Source: Octopus vulgaris
Lineage: Eukaryota
Assembly (NCBI GenBank): GCA_951406725.2
Contig: OX597817.1
Span: 120,342,001 to 120,406,000, forward strand
Direction: 5' to 3'
DNA length: 64,000 nucleotides
This document shows positions 39,892 to 53,639 of this stretch, piece after piece. The translations under genes were made by a program, and so were the position numbers. The number at the start of each line of letters is the position of its first letter. Positions within the stretch are counted from its first letter, which is position 1. The notes below the pieces were generated by a model. It saw nothing but the letters and a program-made list of their open reading frames with translations. It did no database searches and was not told where the DNA came from.

Positions 39892-40029
39892 TACAAGAAT
39901 ATGTATATAATATATACAAAGAATAAGTCCGTGGGCCTATTTGCTCGACTAAAGGCGGTGCTCTAGCATGGCTACAGTCAAATGACTGAAACAAATAAAA
40001 GAATAAAAGAAAAGTATATATATACAAAT

Positions 40030-40061
<32 letters not shown>

Positions 40062-40195
40062 GCCTTCTTTCAGTTTCTGAGTCCATTCACAAGGGTTTAG
40101 TTGACTCAGAGCTATAGCAGAAGATACTTTTTTAAGCTACCTACCATGCTGTGGGACTGAACCTGGTAGGTGGGAAGGAAACTTCTTACCACACA
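38940..40195. mobile_element. Cluster of SINE family A fragments in both orientations with long (TA)n
   Basis: Heads or tails at 38940 (+), 39140-39400 (-), 39400-39560 (+), 39600-39760 (-), 39917-40010 (+) and 40055-40195 (-). Confidence 0.8.
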
Positions 40196-40794
40196 GTTTT
40201 AAGCATTCTATCCTGGCTGTACACTAAAATCGTTTTAAAATATAAATCTATTTAGCACAGCTTTGGGGTTTAGACATAAGTCTTTTAACTACTTCCATGA
40301 AGTAAAATCCTAAACTATAAAAAATTTAGTAACAAACATAAGGAAAGCTTTGCACAAAAAAAAAAAAAAAATCAGTGCAGAAAAGAATTTGGTAAAGAAA
40401 ACTGAGAGGAAGTTTTTTTTTCCAAACAGGAAAAGGTTCAGTTCAATGTTATATCGATATAAACGATAAAATGGGGATTTAGTTTGGTTTCAAGAATTTA
40501 AATTCTGATTAACTACTTCAGAGAATTCTATCTTCAATTTAAGATTTATAAGAAAGTTGAAATGTAATTATATAAAAGTTCAAATTTTTCTAAGATTTTT
40601 GTAGAGTATGGTGGATAATTAAAACTAAAATCCAATATTGTTGTGCTTTATTTATTTATTTATTTATATACTTATTTGTTTATTTATCTATTTGTTTATT
40701 CGTTTTACTTATTCACTTTCTTTGGCCCTACAGCAGTTTGACAGAATGAATAAATGTTTACTTCAATACCAGTAACTGTAATTGCACACACATA

Positions 40795-40903
40795 TCTACA
40801 TCTACAGTCATGAATGGATATACACACATATATACACAAATATGTGCATATATATACACACACACATATGGTTATGTGTATGTCTTGCTTTACATACCTG
40901 TGA

Positions 40904-40948
<45 letters not shown>

Positions 40949-40994
40949 TAAATACATATGTATATATATATACGCATATATAATATTATGTATG

Positions 40995-41030
<36 letters not shown>

Positions 41031-41205
41031 CATACATAGTTCTATGTATGTATATATAATATATACAGACATACATAATATTATGTATATATACATACAT
41101 ACATATATATATATACACACATACATACATATATATGTATGTATGTATGTACACACACATTCACAACAAATATATACAGAAATTATACACACAGATATAT
41201 TATAT
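40795..41205. repeat. Compound (TA)n/(CA)n/(TACA)n microsatellite field
   Basis: Seen directly; source of several spurious I/Y-rich ORFs. Confidence 0.95.
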
Positions 41206-41279
41206 GGCAAAATGGAAGTTAAGGAAATGGCAGTACTGATGGAAAGTGAGAAGCATAGTGTAACACACAGACTATATTG

Positions 41280-41582
41280 AAGTGATAGTATGTTGTCAAC
41301 TTAATGTGACAGTCCCATAAAAGGGAAGAATGCTACTGTTATTTAACCCGAGGAAACACCATTTCCTGTTGGACTTGAGACATTTCTGGTGTCCTTATGT
41401 TTTGAAAGTGGAGATAAGCACCTCCACCCACCAAAGCCAGCATCCAGAGACTGGTTTGAAAATATAGAGACACAGGAAATATGTCAAGTCCAACAGGAAA
41501 CTTTGTTTGCTAGGGTTAAATAACAGTAGCATTCTTCCCTTTTATGGGACTGTCACATTAAGTTGACAATATGCTATTACTT
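41280..41582. mobile_element. Palindromic MITE-like element with arms of about 120 bp
   Basis: 41293-41349 is the exact reverse complement of 41513-41569 (57 bp); imperfect pairing continues at 41362-41402 / 41459-41500. Confidence 0.85.
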
Positions 41583-41805
41583 TATCATGCTACTACTGCA
41601 TCAATCTCTCTGAGAGATTTAGAAACATATTATTTCTACAGACTATATTATTTTGTTCTAATACTTGTTTCAGTCATTTGACTGCGACCATGCTGGAACA
41701 CCACCTTCAAGGCTTTTAGTCAAAGAACTCAACCATATGACTTATTCTTTGTGGACTGGAGCAACATGAAATGAAGTGTTTTGGCCAGTCCAGGAATCAA
41801 AACCT

Positions 41806-41889
41806 CAATCTTACTATCATGAGTCCGACACCCTAACCACTAAACCACAATCTTACTATCATGAGTCCAACACCCTAACCACTAAACCA
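41806..41889 (-). repeat. 42-bp tandem duplication within a tRNA-SINE head
   Basis: caatcttactatcatgagtcc(g/a)acaccctaaccactaaacca occurs twice. Confidence 0.9.
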
Positions 41890-41919
41890 GATGCTTCCAC
41901 TATACATATATATATATAT

Positions 41920-42191
41920 TGGTAAGAATGGTAAAATAACAAAAGAAAGAAAGAGACCACAATATTATGTAAATAGAAGAATTTATCTGTAAATGTAATA
42001 TGTGACAATTATTCGGTAGCCAAGATAAAACTCTGAGTTTTGGATGCCAAGGTGGAAATCCACACCACCATCTCTTCAGTTATCCGGCCATCTAACTGAA
42101 GAGATGGAGGTGTGAATTTCCACCTTGGCATCCAAAACTCAGAGTTTTATCTTGGCTACCAAATAATTGTCACATATTACATTTACAAATA
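41920..42191. mobile_element. Near-perfect palindrome of a hammerhead-bearing element in (TA)n
   Basis: Arms 41988-42082 and 42093-42187 have 3 mismatches in 95 bp and a 10-nt loop. Plus arm reads taa-CTGAAGA-GATG..AGGTG/CACCT..CATC-c-aAAAC-tcaga-GTT-tta. Confidence 0.8.
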
Positions 42192-42254
42192 TATATATAT
42201 ATATATATGTGCACACACACATATATCTATGCATACACATATATTTACATATAA

Positions 42255-42304
<50 letters not shown>

Positions 42305-43201
42305 ATATATATATATACTTTAAATTTGCCTGGTGGCTTATCCAGTCTTCTGACCAAATAACTATCATGAGAAATTTGAAATTCTAGTCAAAGGTAGAAT
42401 GTTTCATCTACAAGCAACTTCAGTGCAGCCTCTTATTTCATGCTTTATAATAACCAAGTGAAGAAGAGTGAAAAATGATGATGGAAAGGGGGATTGTGTG
42501 TGGGCAGGCTCTATGCAGTCTATTGTTATACAAATGTCACGAGTGATAGTAAGAGAGAAATAAGTGATACAGAGGAAAATGACAGGGAGATGAGTAGTGA
42601 TAAAGAGATGGTATGATGTTGTCAAGGATGTGGGAAAGGCAGCAGAAGCAGACATAAAGCTGTAGAGACCAAGCCAAAAGTAAAGCAAGCAGACTCTTAT
42701 CTGTGTATGAGGACAGTGGCTATCAATAAGAAGAACTGACTTGGATTGTGATGAACTGTCCACACCATGATGGCATGGATAGCAGATGTAAAATGACAAC
42801 AATGAGGATGGTGGTGATGGTGATGATGATGATGATGATGATGATGATTATGATGACACATACACAGAATTTATAAGGAGATTTTGTCAACTGATGGTAT
42901 CTACTATGAGTGCTCAGTTATGTTTACAACCACTAGAATTCTGGTTTTAACTGTAACTGTGAATATAGTATTGAGATTGCCTAACAGAGCTAGCTATAAA
43001 TGTTTTTTTCCTTCAGTAGGCAAATAAGTATATATCAAAGTAAAAATGAAAAAAAGCAAAGCATTTGGCATCACTTGAAAAGGACATGTAGTTTAGATAG
43101 ACAATATAAACATACAGTCTCTTATAGCTGTTTCTAGCATAGCCAAGCATGTGGATCCTCATATGGAGAAAGGATTCCATAAGACGTGTAATCTGTCATT
43201 G

Positions 43202-43316
43202 GGCGGCGAGCTGGCAGAATCGTTAACGCACTGGGGTCGATGTAATCGACTTAATACCTATGTCTGTCCTTGTTTGTCCCCTCTATGTTTAGCCCCTTGT
43301 GGGTAATAAAGAAATA
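43202..43316 (+). mobile_element. Young, internally deleted SINE B with a perfect TSD
   Basis: tgtaatctgtcattg(g) is duplicated at 43187 and 43317. The head ggcggcgagctggcagaatcgtta is joined directly to acgcactggggtcgatgtaatcgac. Confidence 0.9.
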
Positions 43317-43492
43317 TGTAATCTGTCATTGGAGAGGGAGCAGTCAGAGAGATGTAAAAATGAGGGAATATCCTCAGTTGAGGATATTAGTATATTCCAG
43401 TTTGTCAAAAATGGTGGAAGGATTAGAGTAAAATAGGTATGTTTTCAGTAGTTCCATGACTAAATATATATATATATGTCAGTCTGTCTGTG

Positions 43493-43523
<31 letters not shown>

Positions 43524-43526
43524 TTT

Positions 43527-43603
<77 letters not shown>

Positions 43604-43606
<3 letters not shown>

Positions 43607-44012
43607 CATAGGAGTGGCTGTGTGGTAAGTAGCTTGCTTACCAACTACATGATTCTGGGTTCAGTTCCACTGCATGGCACCTCGGGCAAGTGTCTTCAAC
43701 TATAGCCTTGGGCCGACCAAAGCCTTGTGAGTGGATTTGGTAGACGGAAACTGAAAGAAGCCCGTCATATATATGTATATATATATGTATGTGTGTGTAT
43801 ATGTTTCTGTGTTCATGTTTGTGCCCCCAACATCGCTTGACAACTGATGCTGGTATGTTTATGTCCCCATAACTTAGTGATTCGATGAAAGAGACCGATA
43901 GGATAAGTACTAGGCTTACAAAGAAAAAGTCCTGGGGTCGATTTGCTCGACTAAAGGTGGTACTCCAGCATGGCCACAGTCAAATGACTGGAACAAGTAA
44001 AAGAGTAAAAGA
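43604..44012 (+). mobile_element. Full-length tRNA-derived SINE family A
   Basis: A box tggctgtgtgg, B box ggttcagttcc, central microsatellite and tail aagtaaaagagtaaaagag. Confidence 0.92.
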
Positions 44013-44013
44013 G

Positions 44014-44066
<53 letters not shown>

Positions 44067-45994
44067 ATAATTTTGGTTCAACAAGCACAACTAATTCCAA
44101 TACCATTCCATGGAATGCATCAAAATACTGGCAAAATATATTTGGAATACACAAGATACAGGAATCAAAGAAATCATAAAATAATCAGTCTTAGTTTGAC
44201 ATAGTCCATTTAAAAATTTGTCAAAGAAATATGGTCTTTACAATAGAGGAAAATTCTGTATGATCAACCAGCCTAATGTGACTTTTTTATTTCTATGCTC
44301 TAGAATTTATCTGATTCTATTGTGATGTATTCTGATCTGTCGTTGAATTCCATGTAAAAAAAATCTTCACAAAGTTTCTAAAAACTGGAGTGAATATAAT
44401 ATGAAAAGAAATATCTAAAGGACAGATGCAAGTTAGTAATGAAATAAATTAGGAAAAAAATTCTTATACAAGAAACTAATATTTGAATTAATGAAGCAAT
44501 GCCTTGTTTGAAAACTAATTTAGACAACTTCATTTAATTTCTCTGGAGTAATTATTCTGAGTAAGAAATGTATGGCACCAAGACAATATTATCAATATCT
44601 AAAATGTCTATGAGTTAAATTCTGTAGACAGCAAGATGACTCCCATATGCTTGGAGGAAGCTATAAGCCATTCCATATGCATACCACAATTCAGTCTGTA
44701 CAGAAGAATATTCTGAAAGAAAGACAACAACAGATCTGTTTAATCATAATTAGTTACTAGAAAATTTAATATAACTAGCAAACTTAATTTGTTTACTGAC
44801 AGTACGAAAGTAAATGCATCTATCTGTATGGTTTTGGTTTAGATTTTGAATGATTTTGTTACTTGTCATAAAATTACTTCACATTATTCTTGTCATGTCT
44901 AAAACCACTTTGGTACAATACTAAATAAAATGAAATAACAAAAATAAATACTTAAGATATAGGAGATAAACATATATATTCATGAAATGATCTATCAAAA
45001 ATAAAATACAACAGTTTCTATTGTTCCGATTAGTATTGCAAGTATAAAATATTTCCTAAAATAATTACAAAGATAATATCAAAGATAACAAGAAGATATT
45101 CATACAAAATCCTTTAGTTATAGATTCCTACATCAGCATATTCAGTATTATTGTAGCACAAGATGTATTTTCTTAACATAGATATTTTAGATATACTTTT
45201 ATTCTCTTGATATATACATACATTTATATATGTGCATGCGTGTTTGTATGTATGTGTGTGTGCGTTTCTGTTTTCTCGATATTATGTGATTGTTGTAAAT
45301 CAGCATCACTCTACTTGTGGTGTTATTTGCTTCTAGTCCTATATGAAGATAGGTTTGGCCATAAGGAAGTATTGCCTTGCTTGTAAACAGGTAAGGATTG
45401 GAGATAGGAAAGGCTTTAAAAAAAATCTGCTATGCAGTTTCAGGTTCAATCCCATTGCATGGCAGTTTGGGTATGTAGCTTCTACAATACCCACCAAGAC
45501 AACCAAAGCATAATAGGTGAATGCATGATTGTGTGATCAAGAAGTTCAATTCTCAACCACATGGTTTTAGGGTCATTCCTTCTGAGTGTTTTTTTACTAT
45601 AGCCCTGGGTCAAACAAAGTGTTGTGAGTACATTTGGGAGAAGGAAACTGAAAGAAACTTGTGTGTGTGTGTGCGTGTATAAATATATATCAATATATTG
45701 ATGGATGCTTGTATATGTGTTTGTGACTCCTTATCATGACATTGTGCAAGAATTATATAAGAACATCTCTAACATACAAGTGAGGTCATTCATTTCTAGT
45801 GTATGAAAACACATCTAGGTACAGGAAAGTATTCTTTTGCTTCAAAAAAGGTGAGGACTGGTGACAGGTGGGTCATCAAGCCAATGAAAATCTACCTCAA
45901 CAATATTAAAAAAATTTTCCATTTCACCCCACCTTGCTCTGAGAATCATCAGATATACAGACAAAATACTTTGCAACATTTCTTTTCACTATCA

Positions 45995-46480
45995 AGGTGG
46001 TGAACTGGCAAAATCGTTTGTATCCAGACAAAATGTTTAGAGGTATTTCATCCTTCTTTACATACCGAGTTCAAATTCCACCAAGTTCAACTTTGACTTT
46101 ATCCTTTTGAAGTTGGTAAAATAAGTTCCAGTTGAGCACTAAGTTCAATGTAATTGAGTTACCCCCACCCCAAATTGCTCGCCTTGTGCTGAAATTTGAA
46201 CCCAATATTTCTTTTGACTATATTCTAAGTTCAAATCCTCCCAAGGTCAACTTTGCCTTTCATCCTCTCAAGTTCAATAAAATAGAGTACCAGTCAAGTA
46301 CTAAGGTTGATAATATCAACTTGAACCCTCAAAATTGCTGGCCTTGTACCTAAACTGAAAATAATTATTTAGCGGTTGGTAGAATCATCAGAATGTCAAA
46401 AGCAAAAAGCTTGGCAGATATTTTCTTCTGATTCTTTATTTTCTGAGTTCAAATCCTACCAATATTTAATTTTGCAGTTT
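45995..46480 (+). mobile_element. Tandem cluster of diverged SINE B copies
   Basis: Repeated agttcaaat(t/c)c...caactttg(a/c)ctt blocks at about 46070, 46230 and 46445. Confidence 0.75.
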
Positions 46481-46494
46481 TGGGGGATCATCAT

Positions 46495-46720
46495 TATCAT
46501 CATCTGTTTTCCATGCTGGCATGGGTTGGATGGTTTGACTTGGAACTGGCCAGCTGCATAGTTGTCAAGACTCCAATTGTCTGATGTGGCATGGTTTCTA
46601 CAGCCGGGTTCCCTACTTAATGCCAACCACTTTACAGAGTGTGCTGGGTGCTTTTTATGTGCCACCAGCATGGGTGCACTTATGCAGCACTAGCACAAGT
46701 ACATTTTATGTAACACTGGA
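46495..46720 (-). mobile_element. Family C 3' end
   Basis: catctgttttccatgctggcatgggttggatgg...gggtgctttttatgtgccaccagca. Confidence 0.8.
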
Positions 46721-47169
46721 ACTTGTAAAGGGGAGTATTGAGATTGATGATACAGACTAACCACCACACCTCAAAATTTGCTGGTTTTGTGCCTAAAGCA
46801 AAAACAATTATTATCATTTAAGGAGGTGGATTGTACCTAAATTAGAAACAATATTGAAGTTATTTCATTTATGGATTTTAATTCCTTTCTTATTATATTT
46901 AATTATGTTTTATTTTATTTTCACTTAATTTTATTGTATTTTAGTTTTTACTTAATTTGTAGAATTAATAGAGGAAAGACTAAGTAGACAAAACAATTTG
47001 TTTGGAGATTGATATATTTATTAATTTTTCAATGTTGATCAAAATATTAGAGAGAAAATATAAAATAGAAATGATATTTTATCTAATGGTTGTTTAGTGC
47101 ATATTAATAGAAACAGAGTAAAATTAAAAGCCGCATTTGCCTTTGGGCAGCAAAATATCGTTTTGTTTG

Positions 47170-47572
47170 TGTGTATATAAACGTGTATACATACATATAT
47201 ACACATGTATGTATGCAAGTGTGTGTGTAAATATTTATAAACATACACCAACACCCCGACACTTATTTATATATATATGTATATATATACATATATGTAT
47301 TTATGTATGTATATGTATGTGTATATGTATCTATCTATCTATCTGTGCAGTAGTGGTGAAAATGGAAGCAGGGTACATGGGGAGACAGTTCTCTAACTTT
47401 TCAGCAGAAAGAGAGAGAGAGGAGCTGTTAACATTAGTCCTAACCATTCCTTTGCAATATCAGCCTAATAGACCCGAGTGTACCCTTCTTAAAACCCATT
47501 TCATTTCTATCACTGTGTGTGTGTATGTGTGTGTGTATCTATCTATCTATCTATATATATATTTATATATAT

Positions 47573-47661
<89 letters not shown>

Positions 47662-47821
47662 CCTATTTATTTATTTACTTGTTTATTTATTTACATGTTT
47701 GTGGTTGCTAAGCAAGTAAGTGACAGATACATAATTTGAGGTCTATTAGTGGCTTTGCTGTTATTTTCAGATCTCAATTCAGTGTTTATATAGATATAAG
47801 GTTCGAGTATATATTTACATA

Positions 47822-47892
<71 letters not shown>

Positions 47893-47893
47893 T

Positions 47894-47943
<50 letters not shown>

Positions 47944-47950
47944 CATAAAC
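47170..47950. repeat. Compound microsatellite field
   Basis: (TA)n, (CA)n, (TG)n and (TATC)n tracts. Confidence 0.95.
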
Positions 47951-48877
47951 ACAAACCAATATATCGAAACATTGTTGTCATCGAAAATAAAAAATAAAAT
48001 ATAAAAAAAAGGATGTTTTAATCTAATTTCCATTACATCATATATTGTTTTGTTTTCTTATTTGTTTCCATTTGTTTTATTTGTTTAGTGAGAGAGAGAC
48101 AGTGGATTTAGTGCATTCAGTATATCAAGTCATATTAATTCTTTTGTTATATCTTCTTCACTATCTCAGTTTTCTGAATTCAATTCCCATTAATATCAGT
48201 TTTGCCTTTCATCCCATTATTAAACATTATTGATATTTTCAATCTTCATTCTGGACTATTCTCACTTGTAGTAGAAAAAAAATATGATAATAAAAGAAAA
48301 AAGTTTTAAAAATAAAATATAACAAAAATCGTGTTTTGTTATTATTTGTTTTATGGCAGCAGAAGTTACATGGTGGGAGCTAGAGTCAAGGTTAGTTGAG
48401 CTTTTGTAGGATGAAATGTTTTTGCATTTTTGTTTTTTGTTATTAGTTCATTTAACCCAATACAGTGGAACCATACCCATATATTATTTTACAAGCCTTT
48501 CTAGACTTGTGTGATTAATGAGGTTGCTGTTACACTTACACTTGTCATTGTTATTGTAGTTTAGCCCCTGGTCAGCAACCCTGATCAAACAAACGTTTGC
48601 TCAAAATGTTCACACTATGATCATCTATTATTTTGTACTATATGAAAGTAAACTAGGACCTCATTGTCTGGGAGGCTAAATATATCTAAATTTGGGTCTC
48701 TCATCCAATATGTCACAGTTATGTCTTATTCTGCTTTACCCCTCTGCCTTTGCAGAATTCTCCTATGTCCTCTCATTTCTCTATCCATTCACCCATTTTC
48801 CATCAACCCTTTCTTCTATTTACTATTCCATACTGCCTGTATATATATAGAGGGGGTAGTGAATCCCTTCTATTAGC

Positions 48878-49120
48878 GGAGGTACATGGCTTAGTAGTGA
48901 TAGTGTCGGACAATAATCGTAAAATTGTGGTTTCGATTCCTGGACCAGGTGATACATTGTGTTCTTGAGCAAAACTCTTCATTTCACATAGCTCCTGTCC
49001 TCTCAGCTGGCAAAAATGAGTAATTTTGCAACAGACTGGTGTCTTGTCCAAAAGGGGAATGTATACACCATGAAACTGGCAAACCAGCTCTTGTGAGTCA
49101 GTATGACTCAAGAAGGTAAT
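48878..49120 (+). mobile_element. tRNA-derived SINE (D-type)
   Basis: ggaggtacatggcttagtagt...ggtttcgattcctggacc...ttgagcaaaac; 3' part resembles 63900-64000. Confidence 0.8.
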
Positions 49121-49177
49121 TTTACCTTTATTTTTACCTTTATCCCTTTTAATCACTGTATCATGCTACCCATGTAA

Positions 49178-49401
49178 TTGACCATTTAGCATTCAGTTTA
49201 CTCTGTCAAATATAATGCTTATTTATTGACATTTAAAAAAAATTAATCATGTATTATCTTGTAGAGATTTCAAAGATTTAATGGTCTATTTTTAGAATGA
49301 CATTGCAAGGCAGGAGTGAAATGCTGAATCTGGCCAGTTTTAACATAAAACAGGTAGAATATTTAGGCCGGATATGGCCAGTTTAAATACCAAAGAGTTA
49401 A
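49178..49401 (+). mobile_element. piggyBac-like MITE, copy 3
   Basis: ttgaccatttagcattcag ... gtttaaataccaaagagTTAA. Confidence 0.7.
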
Positions 49402-52400
49402 GGATAGTATTCAATCTAACTGACCCTCTCACCTCTCTGACATTCAGTCTCTGTCCTATTCCCCTTTTCATTACCCTATACAGCCCATGTAGCAAGGGAT
49501 GACATTGAATGCATCTGTATTCTATCTCTTCCTCCTGTCATCTACTAGTTTTTCTACTATTGTTCTCTCTTTTATTAATCCTCTGGGCCACATTGTCTTC
49601 AAGATATATGTGTGTGTGTATCTATGTATGTGTGTCTTTCTGCCTGTGTTTGTCACCACAGCTGCTTGGCAACCTGTGTTCACCTCCCCTTAACTTTTCA
49701 GTTCAGTAGGAGAGATCGATAGTATAAGTACCAAGCTTAAAAAGAAAAAAGGCCTAGGGTTAATTTGCTCAACTAAAACCCTTTAATGTGATGCCCCAGC
49801 ATGGCCACAGTCAAATGAGTGAAACAAGCAAAATATAAAGAATAAATTACCAAATTTTGTTTGGAAGAAACCTAGGTATAAAGTAATAGGCTGTCATTGA
49901 TGCCACATAGCTGTTGACTGTGGCTTTGAATTTTTAGTATGTTAATGCTGAAGAATAGGTAAAGGGTTGATCAGAGAAATAAAAAAAATATAGATTTTCT
50001 TCACAGGTACAAGACTTTCTAAGAAGTAGAAAAAAGAAAATATGAACATTATTTCCAAAAAAAAAAATTTCCTGTTTGTTTATGTGTAAATGCGATGGAT
50101 TTGAAATAATACAATAAAAAGATCATAGTTTATATAAACACAAGATTTTAATCAAAACATTATCATAGATTCTTTTAATAATTGCAAGAGAACAGAATTT
50201 ACAAAAGTAAACACTAAGAATGGTAAAAATAAGTTGAATAAATGAAATAAAAACAATGATGGAAACAAATAACATATAATAATGAGAAATTCTATTATGT
50301 CCTTAATCATGAAGAATCTACTCTTTCATTGACTAAATCTTGTTCCAGATATTTATATAAGTAAATCACATAAAACAGAAAAGTGCATCAAACAAATTAT
50401 TCACAAGTAAACCTTATCATCATTGTCATCATGATCATCATCATGATAATTTTAATGTCTACTTTTCCATGCTTGCACAGGTCAGACAAATTTTTATGAG
50501 GCAGATTTTCAATAGCTAGTTGCATTCATTGTTTCCAATCCTCAACTGTTTCCAAGTATGATGATATTTCTCCTTGGTCAAACGTATTTTCGCAGGGGAT
50601 GTGAAACTGAAAACACCACTTGTATAGTGATACCCATTTAAAACAATTACACAGTGTCGAGACAAAGAGATACAGGCACATACACATATATACAGACACA
50701 ACCATACACAGGCACACACACACACATACATATGTTTGTGTTTGTGTATATTTGAATGTATATGTGAGGGTACATGGCTAGTTGGTTAAGGTGTTGCAGT
50801 CATGACCTGACATGTAGTAGAACCTGCACAAATTCAGGCAACATTGATATGATGGAGAGAGTAAGCCTAATGTACAACACAAATATCTGATTACTATAAA
50901 CTTCACCATAAACTTCTTGCAGGTTGTTTGGCAAGAAGAAATTGTAGAACCAGCTTTCTTGGACTATGAGAGACTACGAATATGGTCGGTCGGGGGCTAT
51001 AGTAGAAGACTCATGTCCAAGGTAGCAGTGGTTGTGAAGCAAACGTCTTAGGCATACAGTCATGTCTGTTCCTAACTTTGCTTGCATATCAGAAGCACAA
51101 AGTGCCCTAAGCCATACTGTATAATTGTAGAATTCATTTGGCATGATCTCTGTGAAGCAAAATCTTCTTGGTGACAATAAACAGCTGATAACATTAAGCA
51201 AATAAAGAGTTTGGGATCCATTATTGTGATAACAATAACTACTTGATAACATTATGCTTCCAATCATTGTGGATGAAAAGATAGGAGAAGGAATTCTGTT
51301 TGCCATTTTTTTGCTTTATTTTGTTTTTTCTTAATTAAATTCTAAGAATTCTGCTCAGGTTTGTATAATGAGATGGATTACATTTCTAACAAAGATTGCA
51401 ACCAATGATAATAAATGCAAAAAATAATTTTTTTTTTTTTTTTTTAACTTGTAGCAATTGCCAGAGATTTAACAACTGTTTTCATCTATCAAAAGGACAA
51501 GAATTTTTAATATGTTGAACTGTTCTACAAAATTTGTATGCTGATAAAATATAAAGCAAAACAGATCTAAAATAACAAAATTCAAAATATTTTCCTCCTT
51601 ACAGACAAAAGAGAAAAGAAGAAGGAAGAAGATTGAAAATAAGAAAGAAAGCAAATATCTTTAACATAGTAAAAATATGTCTCAACAGAAATTTTTAAAA
51701 TACTCTGTCACAGATGTAGCTACATTATCATAACATATAAAGGTATATTGTAAGTTATATACTGTTTCACAATTAAGAGTAAATTTGTTCAGTCATTTTC
51801 AAGCACAAACAATCAAGAAAGACAACCATAACTATTTATACTGATATTAAATCACAGAAGAACACAAGTAATAATGAGAAGACAGAATCAAATTCATTTT
51901 CCTGGTAGAAAGATGTCCTTGGGGAGAGAACTAATGAAATCAATGTGTATTAGCTAGAAGCAAAATTGATAGATGATGTTCACACACACACACACACGCA
52001 CACACACACATACACACACACATACACGCACAAACACACATACTAATACACACTTGAGTATTTATTTATGTCATCTGTGAGAAATTTCACGTCTATAAAT
52101 CAATATTTATTTACTTTATTTCATGATTGTTGTCTAGGAATTTCAAGGTTCTGATTTGATTAAATGTGATGTTTTACTCTTTCCTACCCTTTAGAGGGAC
52201 AGCAGATTGCCAGTACTGGACTTAAGACAATATTTTTTTAAAATTCTGTCTGGTTCATCTTAGATGTAAATTTCAATAAAAATAAAGTCTAATAATCTAT
52301 AGTTATGATTATATTCATTATTACTATTTAATATATGTTCTCCAGCAGCTTTTGTTTTTCTCTGTAAGCTTTTATGTTGTCATTGTAAAGTTCTTTGTTA

Positions 52401-52521
52401 CCAAGTAAGCTATCCACACAGTGACAGATGCCTTAATGGGATGTGTTTAACATGGGATGCACTGCAGATTTCCATTACTATTTCTTTGAATACAAGCCAG
52501 AACCACGACAATAATCATAAC

Positions 52522-52687
52522 CAGAGCCAGCTCAAGGTACCGGTAACTTGTGTAGCTGCCCAGGACGCCAGGTGCTAAGGGATACCAAGGGGAGTGTGAC
52601 AAAGACAAGGAAAGTGCCACAATCGTCAGTTTGTACAGACCAAAGTTCAGCTTGCCTGGGGTGCCGGCAACCCTAGGGCCAGCCCTG
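52522..52687. mobile_element. hAT-type MITE
   Basis: TIRs cagagccagctcaagg / cctagggccagccctg; 8-bp flanks atcataac / atcattat. Confidence 0.75.
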
Positions 52688-53639
52688 ATCATTATGTTCT
52701 AGCATTGCTTCTGGCTTTTTACATTCTGAGCTTAAATGCTGTCAAAGCTGACTTTGCCTTTCATCCTTTTGAGGATGATAAAAGAAATACCACTTGAGCA
52801 TTAGGTTATGGTTAGGGTAATCAGCTTTCCTTAAAAATTACTGGCCTTGTGCCAAAAGTAGAAAACATTATTATTCTTCAATGTTGCTAACATTGGTACA
52901 TGACCTCGACATTTGAGGTATTGTTGATTAAATTTCCCCCAGTTCTAGACTGGCACTTTATTTTATTAACACTGGAAGAATGAAAAATATAGCTAACCTA
53001 CACTGAGTATGAACTCAAAGCATCCACCTCCAGTACTAGAGAGAAACCATATTTCACCAGATCAGAAAAATGAAAGGAATAGTTGGCCTTAGTAGGATTT
53101 GAACTCAGAGTGTAAAGGCTTCTAATTACTGCAAGATATTTCACCTAGTCCTCTAGCAATTTTTCTAATCCACTGTTAATATAAATAATAATATCTAGGC
53201 TGGTAATAATTAGTTAAGATTATAGGAAATCAAAATTAGAACAATTTGATTGAAATATCCAAATCAGTAGATAGTAATAAAATGTTGACCAGCATCATAT
53301 GAACAGCTTGTGATTTCTCAAGCATAAGAATTGAGTTTTAGGCCATTCTGCAGTGACTTAATTTAGATTAACTGTAATACATCTGATTGCTTTCCTATAA
53401 GATTTATCTGAAATAAATGCCTTATATGTTTGAATATATAATTGGCTGAGAAGGTTAATACTGGTAATATTGACTGCATATTTTGGCAGAAGGAATTTAC
53501 TTCAACAAAACAAGGACAAGTTTCAATACAAATTACAGTAATAGTAAACATAATAGGAATTAACGGAGTATATTTTTCAGAAATTTGGCTCAAGCAAATA
53601 TAGACTCAGTCTTTGGTGAAATAATGGAACTATTCATAA

